DNA from: Buchnera aphidicola str. APS (Acyrthosiphon pisum)
GTDB taxonomy: Bacteria > Pseudomonadota > Gammaproteobacteria > Enterobacterales > Enterobacteriaceae
Assembly: GCF_000009605.1 (NCBI RefSeq)
Contig: NC_002528.1
Span: 510,001-542,000 of the forward strand
Length of the DNA: 32,000 bases
Direction of reading: 5' to 3'
Positions 1 through 10,622 of the stretch are shown here, piece by piece. Position 1 is the first letter of the stretch; every line of letters starts with the position of its first letter. The notes under the pieces were generated by a model. It worked only from the letters and a program-made list of their open reading frames with translations, searched no databases and was not told where the DNA came from. Position numbers and translations under genes: made by a program.

Positions 1-418
1 CTTTTTCAGCTGCAATAGACATTCCTAAACCTGCGCTGATTGAAGTAGAAGAATGACCGACACTTAAAGAATCATATTCACTTTCTTCTCGACAAGGGAA
101 AGAATGTAATCCATTTTTTTTTCTAATACTGTTTATTTTTTCACCTCTACCAGTCAATATTTTATGAGGATATGCCTGATGCCCTGTATCCCATAATAAA
201 TTATCAAATGGGGTATTATACACATAATGAAGAGCTACAGTAATTTCTACTACACCTAATCCAGAAGCAAAGTGTCCTTTAGAAATACTCACTACGTCTA
301 ACAAGTATTCTCGTAGTTCAAAACATAATTGTGGCAACTGTTCGACACTTAAAAGTCGTAAATTTTCTACTGAATTAGCAAAAGATAAAATTGGATATTT
401 GTTAAAATTAAAATTCAT
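1..418 (-). CDS. dxs: 1-deoxy-D-xylulose-5-phosphate synthase, N-terminal part (runs off the left edge)
   Basis: Not in the ORF track. The reverse strand from the ATG at 416-418 reads [160 protein letters not shown] and [13 protein letters not shown] are Dxs N-terminal motifs. Confidence 0.96.
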
Positions 419-475
419 TAGATACTCATTATTAAATTTATTTCATACATTTGATGATAAATTTTATTAATTTTT

Positions 476-1324
476 CTAGTATGTTGGTATTGAAATTTTT
501 TTTTTTAAACTATTTAATGCTAAAAATGATTTCTTATGTAATTGTTTTATTTTTTTTCTTGATTCATCTAAACCTATTATTAATGGATAAGTATGTTTTT
601 TAATAATTTTTTTATTGTCTGTTTTTACACTATCTTTTTTAAAATCTAAAATATCATCCTGAATTTGAAATGCCAAACCAATAGAAATCGAAAAAAGATC
701 TAATATTGATAATATAGATTTAGAAAAATTATTAGAAGAAAAATATACTAAACGTACAGCAGAACGCATTAAAAAAGAAGTTTTATATAAATTAATTATT
801 TCTAATTCAGATAAATTTACATCTTTTTTTTCTGCTTCTAAATCTAAATTTTGACCCATGCACATCCCAGATGAACCAATGGAATAAGATAATTCAGAAA
901 TCATTTTTATACGTTTTAAATTAGATACATTTGGCATAAAACTGTTTGATAGAATATTAAACGCAAGACTTTGCAAAGCATCACCAGCAAGTAAAGAAGT
1001 ACTTTCACCGTATTTTACATGACAAGATATCTTTCCTCTTCTAAAATTATCATTATCCATACAGGGTAAGTCATCATGTATTAAAGAGTATGAATGAATA
1101 AATTCGATGGCAGTAGATATAACATCTAATGTAGTAATATTAACTTTAAAAACATCTCCAGTTGAATATATTAAAGATGAACGCAATCTTTTACTACCTG
1201 AAAATACACTATATTTCATTGCTTTTAAAAGACTTGATTTTTGAAAAGGCAACTGATTTAATGTATAAAATAATTTTTGATTAATACGATGTTTGTATCT
1301 CTCATATAGATGAAAAAAATGCAT
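476..1324 (-). CDS. ispA: Farnesyl diphosphate synthase; the C-terminus is frameshifted at a poly(A) tract (restored frame would end near 439)
   Basis: IHSYSLIHDDLPCMDNDNFRRG (first Asp-rich motif), GQNLDLEAE, GLAFQIQDDILD (second Asp-rich motif). The likely start is the internal ATG (MHFFHLYERYK) at 1322-1324 rather than the GTG at 1333. The ORF ends in non-homologous KISIPTY just after a long A run. Confidence 0.93.
   Translation of the reverse strand: MHFFHLYERYKHRINQKLFYTLNQLPFQKSSLLKAMKYSVFSGSKRLRSSLIYSTGDVFKVNITTLDVISTAIEFIHSYSLIHDDLPCMDNDNFRRGKISCHVKYGESTSLLAGDALQSLAFNILSNSFMPNVSNLKRIKMISELSYSIGSSGMCMGQNLDLEAEKKDVNLSELEIINLYKTSFLMRSAVRLVYFSSNNFSKSILSILDLFSISIGLAFQIQDDILDFKKDSVKTDNKKIIKKHTYPLIIGLDESRKKIKQLHKKSFLALNSLKKKISIPTY
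496..506 (-). repeat. Homopolymer tract in the ispA 3' coding region (A on the coding strand, about 10-11 nt)
   Basis: The + strand reads gaaa-T(n)-aaac. I count about 10 T by eye from the printed sequence, but the supplied translation KKKISIPTY requires 11. Confidence 0.8.
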
Positions 1325-1375
1325 ATTTAGCACCTAAAAAAATAAATATTTATTATATATAAAAATTTGATTATA

Positions 1376-2548
1376 CTATAAATAAAATCTATTTCTTAGA
1401 AAAAAACTAAAAATCAACCATAATAAAATTATAAATAATTCAAAATAAAATATCTGTGAAAAGTTTAAAAAACTATATAACCATCCGCTAAAAACACCTC
1501 CAAAAAAAATACCTAAAAATTGACTAGTAGAATAAATGCTCATTATACTACCTCTATAATTATTTGATAATTGCCTGCTAAGATGTGAAGAAAGAAAAAC
1601 TTCAAGAAAGTTAAAAGATATAAAAAAAATCTGTAAAGAAATTATTAAAAATAATAAATTTTTTTGTGCTGATAAAAAAATAATTTCTGAAAAAAGAATA
1701 AATAAAATACAAATTTCAATAATATTTTCTAAAATATATTTATATTTACAATAAAATATAAATAAGAATAAAACAAAAAAAGAAATTAATATAGTACCTA
1801 AATATACTTTCCAATGATTGTCTAAAGAAAAACCAGATATTTCAAACTGATTAGGAATCATCGTGAACTTAATCATCAATAAAAAATGTAAAAAAAATAC
1901 TCCTAAATAAAATCTAAAAAAAACTTTATTTAAAACAAAGTTTAATACTTTTTTATATGAATGGAGAGTTTTATTTTGTTTTAATATATTTTTTTTTGAA
2001 AAAGGAACAAAAAAACAAACAATTATCATACAAACAATAGATAAAAATGCAGATATCCAAAAAATAGAAAAAAACCCAAAATAATGAACAATTATAGGAC
2101 CAGAAACTACAGCAATTAAGAAGGAAATAGCAAAGCTAACACCTATAGCAGCAATAGATTTAACACGGTTTTCTTCACGGATCAAATCAGATAAAAAAGC
2201 CATACACACACCAGATATAGCTCCCGAACCCTGAAAAAATCTACCAATAATTAAACCCCAAATGGAATGAATACTAGCTGATATAATATTTCCTATAAAA
2301 AACATAAAAAGACCTAGTAAAATTATTTTCTTTCGATTGAATTTATCAGATAATATTCCAAATGGAATTTGAAAAATTACCTGAGAAATTCCATAAATAC
2401 CCATTGATAACCCGATTAAAAATTTATTACCACCATCTAAAAGCATGCCATATTTACTTAAAATAGGAAGAATCATAAACATTCCTAACATACGTAATAA
2501 AAAAATTACGCAAAAACTTAATGTAACTTGTAATTCTAAAAAGTTCAT
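1376..2548 (-). CDS. yajR: MFS transporter, YajR-like, shortened at the C-terminus
   Basis: FLLRMLGMFMILPILSKYGM, GIYGISQVIFQIPFGILSDKFNRKKII and GRFFQGSGAISGVCMAFLSDLIREENRVKSIAAIGVSF match the YajR family. The likely start is the second Met (MNFLELQ) at 2546-2548. The ORF track start at 2569 is a TTG. Confidence 0.88.
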   Translation of the reverse strand: MNFLELQVTLSFCVIFLLRMLGMFMILPILSKYGMLLDGGNKFLIGLSMGIYGISQVIFQIPFGILSDKFNRKKIILLGLFMFFIGNIISASIHSIWGLIIGRFFQGSGAISGVCMAFLSDLIREENRVKSIAAIGVSFAISFLIAVVSGPIIVHYFGFFSIFWISAFLSIVCMIIVCFFVPFSKKNILKQNKTLHSYKKVLNFVLNKVFFRFYLGVFFLHFLLMIKFTMIPNQFEISGFSLDNHWKVYLGTILISFFVLFLFIFYCKYKYILENIIEICILFILFSEIIFLSAQKNLLFLIISLQIFFISFNFLEVFLSSHLSRQLSNNYRGSIMSIYSTSQFLGIFFGGVFSGWLYSFLNFSQIFYFELFIILLWLIFSFFLRNRFYL

Positions 2549-2621
2549 TTTATAATCCTTTATACTCAATTTAATATTTTTTTAAAATTTATATCCAGAT
2601 TAAAATATATTTATCAAAAAA

Positions 2622-2966
2622 ATGAATACTGATAACAAAATATTATATACATATGAAAATCTTGAAAAAGATTCAGAGGGATATTTAAAGAAAACTAAAG
2701 ATTGGAATATAAAATTAGCAGAAGAAATCGCAAAAAGAGAAAATATTACTCTAAGTTCTGATCACTGGAAAGTAATAATTTTTGTACGTAAATTTTATTT
2801 TAAATTTAATATAACACCATCGATGAGAATGTTAATTAAAAGCATCCAAAAAGAAATAGGAAAATCTAAAATGAATAGTATTTATTTATTTAAACTCTTT
2901 CCTAAAGGACCTGCTAAACAAGCCAGCAAAATTGCTGGAATACCTAAACCAGTCAAATGCTTATAA
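2622..2966 (+). CDS. tusE: Sulfur relay protein TusE / DsrC family
   Basis: DSEGYLKKTKDWNIKLAEEIAKRENITLSSDHWKVIIFVRKFY, LFPKGPAKQASKIAGIPKPVKCL with the conserved penultimate Cys. Confidence 0.93.
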   Translation: MNTDNKILYTYENLEKDSEGYLKKTKDWNIKLAEEIAKRENITLSSDHWKVIIFVRKFYFKFNITPSMRMLIKSIQKEIGKSKMNSIYLFKLFPKGPAKQASKIAGIPKPVKCL

Positions 2967-2986
2967 AAAAAATAAATTAAAATATT

Positions 2987-3844
2987 TTAAAAAAAAACAT
3001 CGATTGATATCAAAAAATTAAAAAAAACAATAACAATAATTGAGAAATAAAATAGTTTCCTAGCATTTTTCTTATCATTATTCTTTTTTATATTAGAATA
3101 AGATAAAAACGACCAATAAAAATTTACAATAGAAGAGAGAAGTAAAAAATTATAACTTAAATAACCCAAAAAAGTAAATAACGAACTAAAAAAAGAAAAA
3201 TTAAGAACATAAAAAAAAATATGTTTTTTTGTTATAGCAACACCCTTCACAACAGAAAAAACAGGAATTTTAGCTTCTCTATAGTCCTTTATTCTCATAA
3301 TAGAAATAGAATAAAAATGAGACATTTGCCAAAATATCACAATAACAAATAACAATATAGAACATATATCAATGGTATTAGAAACTGCGGTATAACCAAT
3401 AACAGATGGTGTAGAACCCGAAAAACTTCCGATAAATGTAGAATAAAATGATCTTCTTTTATAAAACATGGTATATAAAACCACATAAATAAAAAAACCA
3501 AAAACAGCTAAACTCATTGATATAAAATTTACTAAACAACCTAATATAGATAAACCTAAAACGCCTAAAAAAATAGCAAAATTGAATACAGAAAAAACAG
3601 GAAGCAATTTTTTTGATAGAACTCTGTTACTTGTACGCTTCATTTTTTTATCTATATCAATATCGATTAAATTGTTAAAAACACAAGCAGAAGCAATTAC
3701 TAAAGACGCCCCCAAGATAGTATATATAAATAAAACATAATTGAAAGCAGCATGTCTAGATGCAAATAAAAAACCTCCTGTAATTAAAGTAGAATTTCCA
3801 ATAATAATACCAGGTTTAGTAATTTCTATATAATTTTTAAACAT
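2987..3844 (-). CDS. cyoE: Protoheme IX farnesyltransferase (heme O synthase)
   Basis: [41 protein letters not shown] (prenyl-binding Asp motif). Last gene of the cyo operon. Confidence 0.95.
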
Positions 3845-3871
3845 ATAAATAAATTTTCTTAAATTAAGTTT

Positions 3872-4189
3872 TTACATTGTATTATGATTTAAATTAAACA
3901 TAATCCATATAGAACCAAATACTACAATGAAAATAATGATGATCACAAATAATAAAGTAATCAGATTCCATCTTTCTTCTGGATCAAAACTTAAATGTAA
4001 AAAATATACGAAATGAATAATAATTTGACTAATAGCACATAACAAGAAAATAATGTAATTAACTTCGCTGCAAAAGAATTTTTCTATTGCCAATAGAAAT
4101 GGCAGTGTAGTTAATAGAGAAGAAAATAAAAAACCTAATAAATAAGACTTCATTTCTTTATTCATATTAAAGTTTAAAAAACTACTCAT
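3872..4189 (-). CDS. cyoD: Cytochrome bo3 oxidase subunit IV
   Basis: [56 protein letters not shown]. The start is taken at [13 protein letters not shown] (4187-4189), overlapping the cyoC stop. The longer ORF runs to 4255. Confidence 0.93.
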
Positions 4190-4806
4190 TAAATAGCTCC
4201 ATTTAAATAAACAAAAGTAAAAACACAAATCCATATAATGTCTAAAAAATGCCAAAAAACACTAAAACACAAAATTCTAGTTCGAATAGAATTAGTCAAA
4301 CCTAGTTTTTTTATTTGATAAAGAATTGACAATATCAAAATTAAACCGAAAAAAATATGTACACCATGAGTGGCAACAAGAGTAAAGAAAATAGAAAAAA
4401 AAGCATTTTTATCAGGACCAAAGTTTTCTATAATCAATTCATAAAATTCATGCACTTCCATTAATAAAAAAATCAAGCCAAATATAAAAGTTATTGTTAA
4501 AAATGAATAAATCATTTTTATACGTTTCTGATTCATTGCGATAACAACAAACCCACATGACAAAGAACTTAATAATAATAAAAATGTTTCTAATAAAATA
4601 GAAGATAAATTAAAAATTTTATTACTAATTAAATTAATTGATATATTTGAAGAGACGATAGCATAAACGGCAAAAAGAACCGCAAACATAATACAGTCGC
4701 TCATTAAATATATCCATAAACCAAATAACTTTTTAGTTTCTGATATTTTATCATGCGTACTAGAATTACTATTTAATATAGTATTATTAAATTTATTTTC
4801 TATCAT
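4189..4806 (-). CDS. cyoC: Cytochrome bo3 oxidase subunit III
   Basis: [59 protein letters not shown]. The start ATG at 4804-4806 overlaps the cyoB stop (ATGA). Confidence 0.95.
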
Positions 4807-6791
4807 TTTAAACCTGCTTTTTGAATATTTTTCCAATATTGATGCTCAATTTTTTTTATCTCTTCTGCTGATATAGTATACTCAGTATCTTCATTAAGAC
4901 TATTGATAAATAAACTAATAATAATTGCAAGAAAAGATAAAATACACAACCAAGTAATATGCCAAACCGCTGAAAAACCAAAAAACAATGAAAATATGCT
5001 TATCATAAATCCTAAACCTGTATTTTTAGGCATATGAATATCATGATAATTAATACTATTAATTAATTTATTGTAATGTTGTCCTTCTTTATTTCGCCAA
5101 AAATCGTCTCTATCTTCAACCTTAGGAATAATAGCAAAATTATATAGTGGAGCAGGTGAAGAGGTCGACCATTCTAAAGTCCTACCATCCCAAGGATCAC
5201 CAGTTAAATCTAAATTGTGTCGGCGTTCTTTTATTGAAATAAAAAACTGAATAACTTGACAAATAATCCCGATACCAATAAAACAAGCGCCAATAGCAGC
5301 TATACATAACAACATATGAAATTCGGAGTCAATATTTTGACTTAAACGACGAGTCATACCCATTAGACCTAAAAAATACAAGGGTATGAAAGCAAGAAAA
5401 AATCCTATTATCCAAAACCAAAAAGCACGTTTTCCCCAAATTTCATTTAGAACAAATCCAAATAATTTAGGAAACCAATAATTAATACCAGCGAAACAAC
5501 CAAAAACAACTCCGCCAATTATTACATTGTGAAAATGTGCAACTAAAAACAAGCTATTATGTAAAACAAAATCAGCCGGAGGAACAGACAATAACACACC
5601 AGTCATTCCACCAATAGAAAATGTTACTAAAAAACCTAAAGTCCACAATATAGAAGAATGCATATGCACCCGACCTTGATATATTGTAAATAACCAGTTA
5701 AAAATCTTTACACCAGTAGGAATTGCTATAATCATAGTAGTAATTCCAAAAAAAGTATTTACATCAGCTCCTGCTCCCATGGTAAAAAAATGATGTAACC
5801 ATACAATAAAAGATAAAATAGTAATAGATAATGTTGCCCATACCAAAGAAACATATCCAAATAATCGTTTTTTAGAAAAAGTAGCCACTACCTCTGAAAA
5901 TACACCAAAAACTGGTAGTACTAAGATATAAACTTCTGGATGACCCCAAATCCATATTAAATTCACATACATCATTGCATTACCGCCTAAATCATTAGTA
6001 AAAAAATGAAAATTAAAATAACGATCTAAAGTCAGCAATACAAGAGTAACAGTTAAAACTGGAAACGAAATAACTATAAGAATATTAGTACATAAAGAGG
6101 TCCAAGTAAAAACCGGCATTTTAAAAAAAGACATACCCGGAGCTCTCATTTTTAAAATTGTTACTAGAAAATTAATTCCTGTTAATGTTGTTCCAACACC
6201 TGAAATTTGTAAACTCCAAATCCAATAATCTACCCCTACACCTGAACTATATTTTATACCAGACAATGGTGGATAAGCTAACCAACCTGTTTGAGCAAAT
6301 TCTCCTATTCCCAAAGACAAAGTAAGTAAAACCGCACTGCTAACATTTAACCAAAAACTTAGATTATTAAGAAACGGGAAAGCAACATCACGGGCTCCAA
6401 TTTGCAATGGTATTACTAAGTTCATTAAACCAATAACCAGCGGCATAGCTACAAAAAAAATCATTATTACACCATGAGCTGTAAATATTTGATCATAGTG
6501 ATGTGGCGGTAAAAAACCTTTAAAACCTGCTGATGCAACAACTTGTTGAGTACGCATTAATATAGCATCAACAAAACCACGAAATAACATAACAAATGCA
6601 AGTATTCCATACATAATAGATATTTTTTTATGATCAACCGTAGTAAACCATTCATACCATAAATATTTCCATTTTTTATAATAAGTAATAGTCGATGCTA
6701 TGCATAATGCAATTAAAATAATCGCAATATAAGTAATCATTATAATTGGTTCATGATAGGGTATGGCATCAAACGTCAATTTTCCAAACAT
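4803..6791 (-). CDS. cyoB: Cytochrome bo3 ubiquinol oxidase subunit I
   Basis: [69 protein letters not shown]; 662 aa heme-copper oxidase. Confidence 0.98.
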   Translation of the reverse strand: MFGKLTFDAIPYHEPIIMITYIAIILIALCIASTITYYKKWKYLWYEWFTTVDHKKISIMYGILAFVMLFRGFVDAILMRTQQVVASAGFKGFLPPHHYDQIFTAHGVIMIFFVAMPLVIGLMNLVIPLQIGARDVAFPFLNNLSFWLNVSSAVLLTLSLGIGEFAQTGWLAYPPLSGIKYSSGVGVDYWIWSLQISGVGTTLTGINFLVTILKMRAPGMSFFKMPVFTWTSLCTNILIVISFPVLTVTLVLLTLDRYFNFHFFTNDLGGNAMMYVNLIWIWGHPEVYILVLPVFGVFSEVVATFSKKRLFGYVSLVWATLSITILSFIVWLHHFFTMGAGADVNTFFGITTMIIAIPTGVKIFNWLFTIYQGRVHMHSSILWTLGFLVTFSIGGMTGVLLSVPPADFVLHNSLFLVAHFHNVIIGGVVFGCFAGINYWFPKLFGFVLNEIWGKRAFWFWIIGFFLAFIPLYFLGLMGMTRRLSQNIDSEFHMLLCIAAIGACFIGIGIICQVIQFFISIKERRHNLDLTGDPWDGRTLEWSTSSPAPLYNFAIIPKVEDRDDFWRNKEGQHYNKLINSINYHDIHMPKNTGLGFMISIFSLFFGFSAVWHITWLCILSFLAIIISLFINSLNEDTEYTISAEEIKKIEHQYWKNIQKAGLK

Positions 6792-6795
6792 TATT

Positions 6796-7686
6796 CTATT
6801 TCTCCATATTAAAATTTTTCTTTACAATTTCATGCGAAAGATTTTCATCTAAGATAAAATGTTTTATAGAATATTGGTTTTTAATTTTATTAAATAAATT
6901 TTTTTTAACACTTGAAAAATATTCAATAGAATAATTTTCATTTGGAATAGATATTATATCAAAAGTTTTCATTGTATTTAATTTTATAGATGATGCTTGT
7001 ACTTTTTTTACCCAATCTAAAAAAGTTGAATTTTTTAAAACAGATATTGCGGTGAATTTCATATTAGAAAAACCGTGTCCACTGTAATTAGATGATATTC
7101 CTTTATATTTACCTACATCATTAGCAATTAAATTTAATTTTGTTGTCATTCCAGGCATAGCATATATTTGACTACCTAAAGATGGAATAAAAAAAGCATT
7201 CATAACAGAATTTGAAGTAATTCGAAAAACAATCGGTCTATTCACAGGAAACATAATTTCATTAATTGTAGCAATATTATAATCTGGATAAATAAATAAC
7301 CATTTCCAATCTAACGCTACTGCGTCTATTTTTATAGGATTATTTAAAGAGACTATAGATTTTTTAGGATCTAATTTATGAGTATAACTCCAAGATAAAA
7401 ATGCTAAAAAAGAAACTATTATAATAGGAATCGTCCAAACTACAATTTCTATTTTTTTGGAATCACACCAATTAGGCTTGTATATCTGATTAACATTAGT
7501 TGAACGATACTTAAGAGAAAAATATATAGTCATGAAAATTACAGGAATAATAATAAATAACATCATTATAAAAGATATTAATATTAATGAATATTCCTCT
7601 GTAGCAATTGTTCCATGAGAATTAAGAAGTGGATTGTTGCATCCATTCAGAAAAAAAAATATTAATATCAATGATAATGTTTTCAT
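6796..7686 (-). CDS. cyoA: Cytochrome bo3 oxidase subunit II
   Basis: Lipobox-like [73 protein letters not shown]. Likely start [10 protein letters not shown] (7684-7686). Confidence 0.95.
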
Positions 7687-7984
7687 AAAATTATTATAGT
7701 TTAAAAATATCATTCAAAAACCTCAAAAATAATGTATTTTTTATTCAAATATCTTTAATAATACTGTTATTATCAAAAATTTTTATAGGAAAATTATTAT
7801 CTTATAAAAAGTAATAATCTGTGAAATAATTGAATTATTTTTTAAAAATTGTTAAAATTTAAAATTAAAAATTACATTTTTTTAAAAAATTTATTTATCA
7901 AAAAATACAATATAATACTATCAAAATAGCATAAAAAAATTTTATCTATTTTTTTTATTAATAAAAAGGACATAATATCAATTA

Positions 7985-8299
7985 ATGACTCTAGAAAAAA
8001 TAAAAAAATATTTAATATCTAAAATAAATATAAAATTTATTGAAATTTATGACGATAGCCAATTTCATCATTACTCTAAAAAAGGTCTTACACATTTAAG
8101 AATAATTATTATTAGCGATGATTTTATTAATCAAACGCTAATTAATAGACACCGAATAATTTTTTCAATGCTATCAAAAATGATAGAAAAAAAAATATAT
8201 TCGTTAACTTTAAATACTTACACATTAAATGAATGGAAAGATAAAAAACTTAAAAAGACTAGTAATGTTAAGTGTGTAAAAAAAAATAATATTTTATGA
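7985..8299 (+). CDS. bolA: BolA family protein
   Basis: [46 protein letters not shown]; sits upstream of tig as in E. coli. Confidence 0.88.
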   Translation: MTLEKIKKYLISKINIKFIEIYDDSQFHHYSKKGLTHLRIIIISDDFINQTLINRHRIIFSMLSKMIEKKIYSLTLNTYTLNEWKDKKLKKTSNVKCVKKNNIL

Positions 8300-8434
8300 A
8301 TTTAATCAAAATATTTATGATCATAATCATATAATTTTTTTAAAATAATTATACTTAAGATATATAAAAACATTTTTAAAAATAGTAAAAAATATAAAAT
8401 ACACTGATAAAAGTAATCGTTTTGAGGTAATAAG

Positions 8435-9763
8435 ATGAATTTTTTTATGGAAAAAAATAAAGATGCAGGTCATCGTGTTACAATTAAGATCCCAAAAACA
8501 ACAGTCAATAATTCTCTTCTTCAAGAATTTATAAAAATTAGAAAAACAACTAAAATTAATGGTTTTAGAAAAGGAAAAACTCCTATTAGAGTAATACAAG
8601 AAAAGTATGGTAGTGCTATTTATTATGATATATTTAAAAAACTAATGCAAAAATTTTTTCATGAATTTATAAAGACAGAAAAAATAAAAATTATTGGTTC
8701 TCCGAAATTTTATATCCATCAAGATGAAGATAAAAAAAAAGAATATTTTGAATATTCTGTAATTTACGAACTATATCCACAATTTCAAATAAAAGATATA
8801 AAACAAATAAAAGTGAATAAAATAAACGTCGAAATAACAGAAGAAGATATTAAAAAAAACATAGAAACAAATAAAAATAAAAAAAATATTTGGAATCCAG
8901 TCAACAAAGCAGTTAAATCATATGACCGTGTAACAATTAATTATTGTATTTATGAAAAAAATAAAAAAATAAAAAAATTTGATAAAGACAATATTAGTTT
9001 TATTGTATCTAAAAACACATTGATACCCCAATTAAATTATAAAATAATCAATCATTTTGTTAATGACATTATTTTTTTTAAAATAAAATTTCATGCGTTT
9101 CATCCAGAAAAAGAACTACAAAATAAAGATATAACATTTAAAATAAAAATTATTAAAATTGAAAAAAAACAAGAATTAGAATCAGAAAAAAGTAATAAAA
9201 AAAACATCACGGAAAAAAAAACGATTCAAACGGACTATCAAACCATAAAAAATAATCTTCATTCACAAATCAATATAATAACTGATAAATATTTAGAAAA
9301 TCAAATCATACAAAAAATCGTTGAAAAAAATATTCTATTGCTCCCTCCTCTTTTATTTCAAAAAGAAATAAAAAATTTATATAAACAATACACAAAACAA
9401 TATCAAGAAGAAAATTCTAATATTTTAGAAAAAAAATACCACATGAGTCTTGATTCAGAAGTTAAAAAAAGATTGTATTTTCAAATTATAATAGAACAAA
9501 TTATTTTAAATAATAAATTATTTGCAGATGAAAATAACATCCAAAAATTAATCAAAAAAATATCCTCAAATTATAAAAACCCCATGGAAATAATTAAATT
9601 ATATAATAAAAATAAAAATCTTAAAAATACTATGAAAAATATAGAATTAGAAAGACAAGCCATGTTGTTATTAAAAAAAAGTATTAAAATTGAAAAACAA
9701 AATTGGAATTTTGAACGCTTTTTAAATTATAATTGGGCAAGTCATGAAGAATTAATGCTGTAA
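8435..9763 (+). CDS. tig: Trigger factor (ribosome-associated chaperone / PPIase)
   Basis: GHRVTIKIPKTTVNNSLLQEF, KINGFRKGKTPIRVIQEKYG (ribosome-docking signature); genomic position before clpP. Confidence 0.95.
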   Translation: MNFFMEKNKDAGHRVTIKIPKTTVNNSLLQEFIKIRKTTKINGFRKGKTPIRVIQEKYGSAIYYDIFKKLMQKFFHEFIKTEKIKIIGSPKFYIHQDEDKKKEYFEYSVIYELYPQFQIKDIKQIKVNKINVEITEEDIKKNIETNKNKKNIWNPVNKAVKSYDRVTINYCIYEKNKKIKKFDKDNISFIVSKNTLIPQLNYKIINHFVNDIIFFKIKFHAFHPEKELQNKDITFKIKIIKIEKKQELESEKSNKKNITEKKTIQTDYQTIKNNLHSQINIITDKYLENQIIQKIVEKNILLLPPLLFQKEIKNLYKQYTKQYQEENSNILEKKYHMSLDSEVKKRLYFQIIIEQIILNNKLFADENNIQKLIKKISSNYKNPMEIIKLYNKNKNLKNTMKNIELERQAMLLLKKSIKIEKQNWNFERFLNYNWASHEELML

Positions 9764-9897
9764 TTAATAAAAATATTTTCTTGTGATATTATAAATTTTT
9801 CTAAAATATTAATTTTTAAGAAAGATAATTAATATTATTTAATAATTAAAAAGTAAAATTACCAGAAAAGTAATATTAAATATTTTTAGGAATAAAA

Positions 9898-10524
9898 ATG
9901 CTATACGATCAAATTAAAAATAATAAAACAAGTTCATACGCTACTTTCATTCCTATGGTTGTAGAACAGCATTCTAGGGGAGAGCGTTCATATGATATAT
10001 ATTCACGATTATTAAAAGAACGAATAATTTTTATAACAGGTGCCATTGAAGATAACATGGCTAATAACATTGTTGCTCAAATATTATTTTTAGAAGCTGA
10101 AAATCCAGAAAAAGATATATTTTTATATATTAATTCTCCAGGTGGTATTATTACATCAGGCATGTCCATTTATGACACTATGCAATTCGTCAAACCAGAA
10201 ATTAGTACTATTTGCTTAGGTCAAGCATGTTCAATGGCTGCTTTATTATTAACATCTGGAGCAAAAGGAAAAAGATTTTGTTTACCTAATTCAAAAGTTA
10301 TGATTCATCAACCACTAGGTGGATACCAAGGACAAGCTTCAGATATTGCTATTCATGCCAGGGAAATAATGGAAATGAAAAAAAAATTAAATAAATTAAT
10401 GTCATTTCATACTGGTCAATCTATAAAAAAAATAAATAAAGATACAGAACGTGATTGTTTTTTATCAGCAAACCAGTCTATTAAATATGGACTAATAGAT
10501 TTTATTTTATCTCAGCGTCAATAA
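9898..10524 (+). CDS. clpP: ClpP protease proteolytic subunit
   Basis: [70 protein letters not shown]. The Ser/His active-site motifs are present. Confidence 0.98.
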   Translation: MLYDQIKNNKTSSYATFIPMVVEQHSRGERSYDIYSRLLKERIIFITGAIEDNMANNIVAQILFLEAENPEKDIFLYINSPGGIITSGMSIYDTMQFVKPEISTICLGQACSMAALLLTSGAKGKRFCLPNSKVMIHQPLGGYQGQASDIAIHAREIMEMKKKLNKLMSFHTGQSIKKINKDTERDCFLSANQSIKYGLIDFILSQRQ

Positions 10525-10622
10525 AAAAAATAAATCAATAAAATTTTTACTAAAATATTTTATGGAAAAATATAGAATCTATTTACTCAAAAATATAAAA
10601 AGCGCACAAAAAGAGGTTAAAT

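Noticed and set aside
6746-6934. Plus-strand ORF spanning the cyoB/cyoA junction
   Set aside because: Antisense to cyoB and cyoA coding sequence. Low-complexity composition and no motif.
8327-8599. Minus-strand ORF overlapping the start of tig (MYYSNRSFSFSKTINFSCFSNFYKF...)
   Set aside because: Mostly antisense to tig plus its AT-rich leader. Composition looks like random AT-rich sequence.
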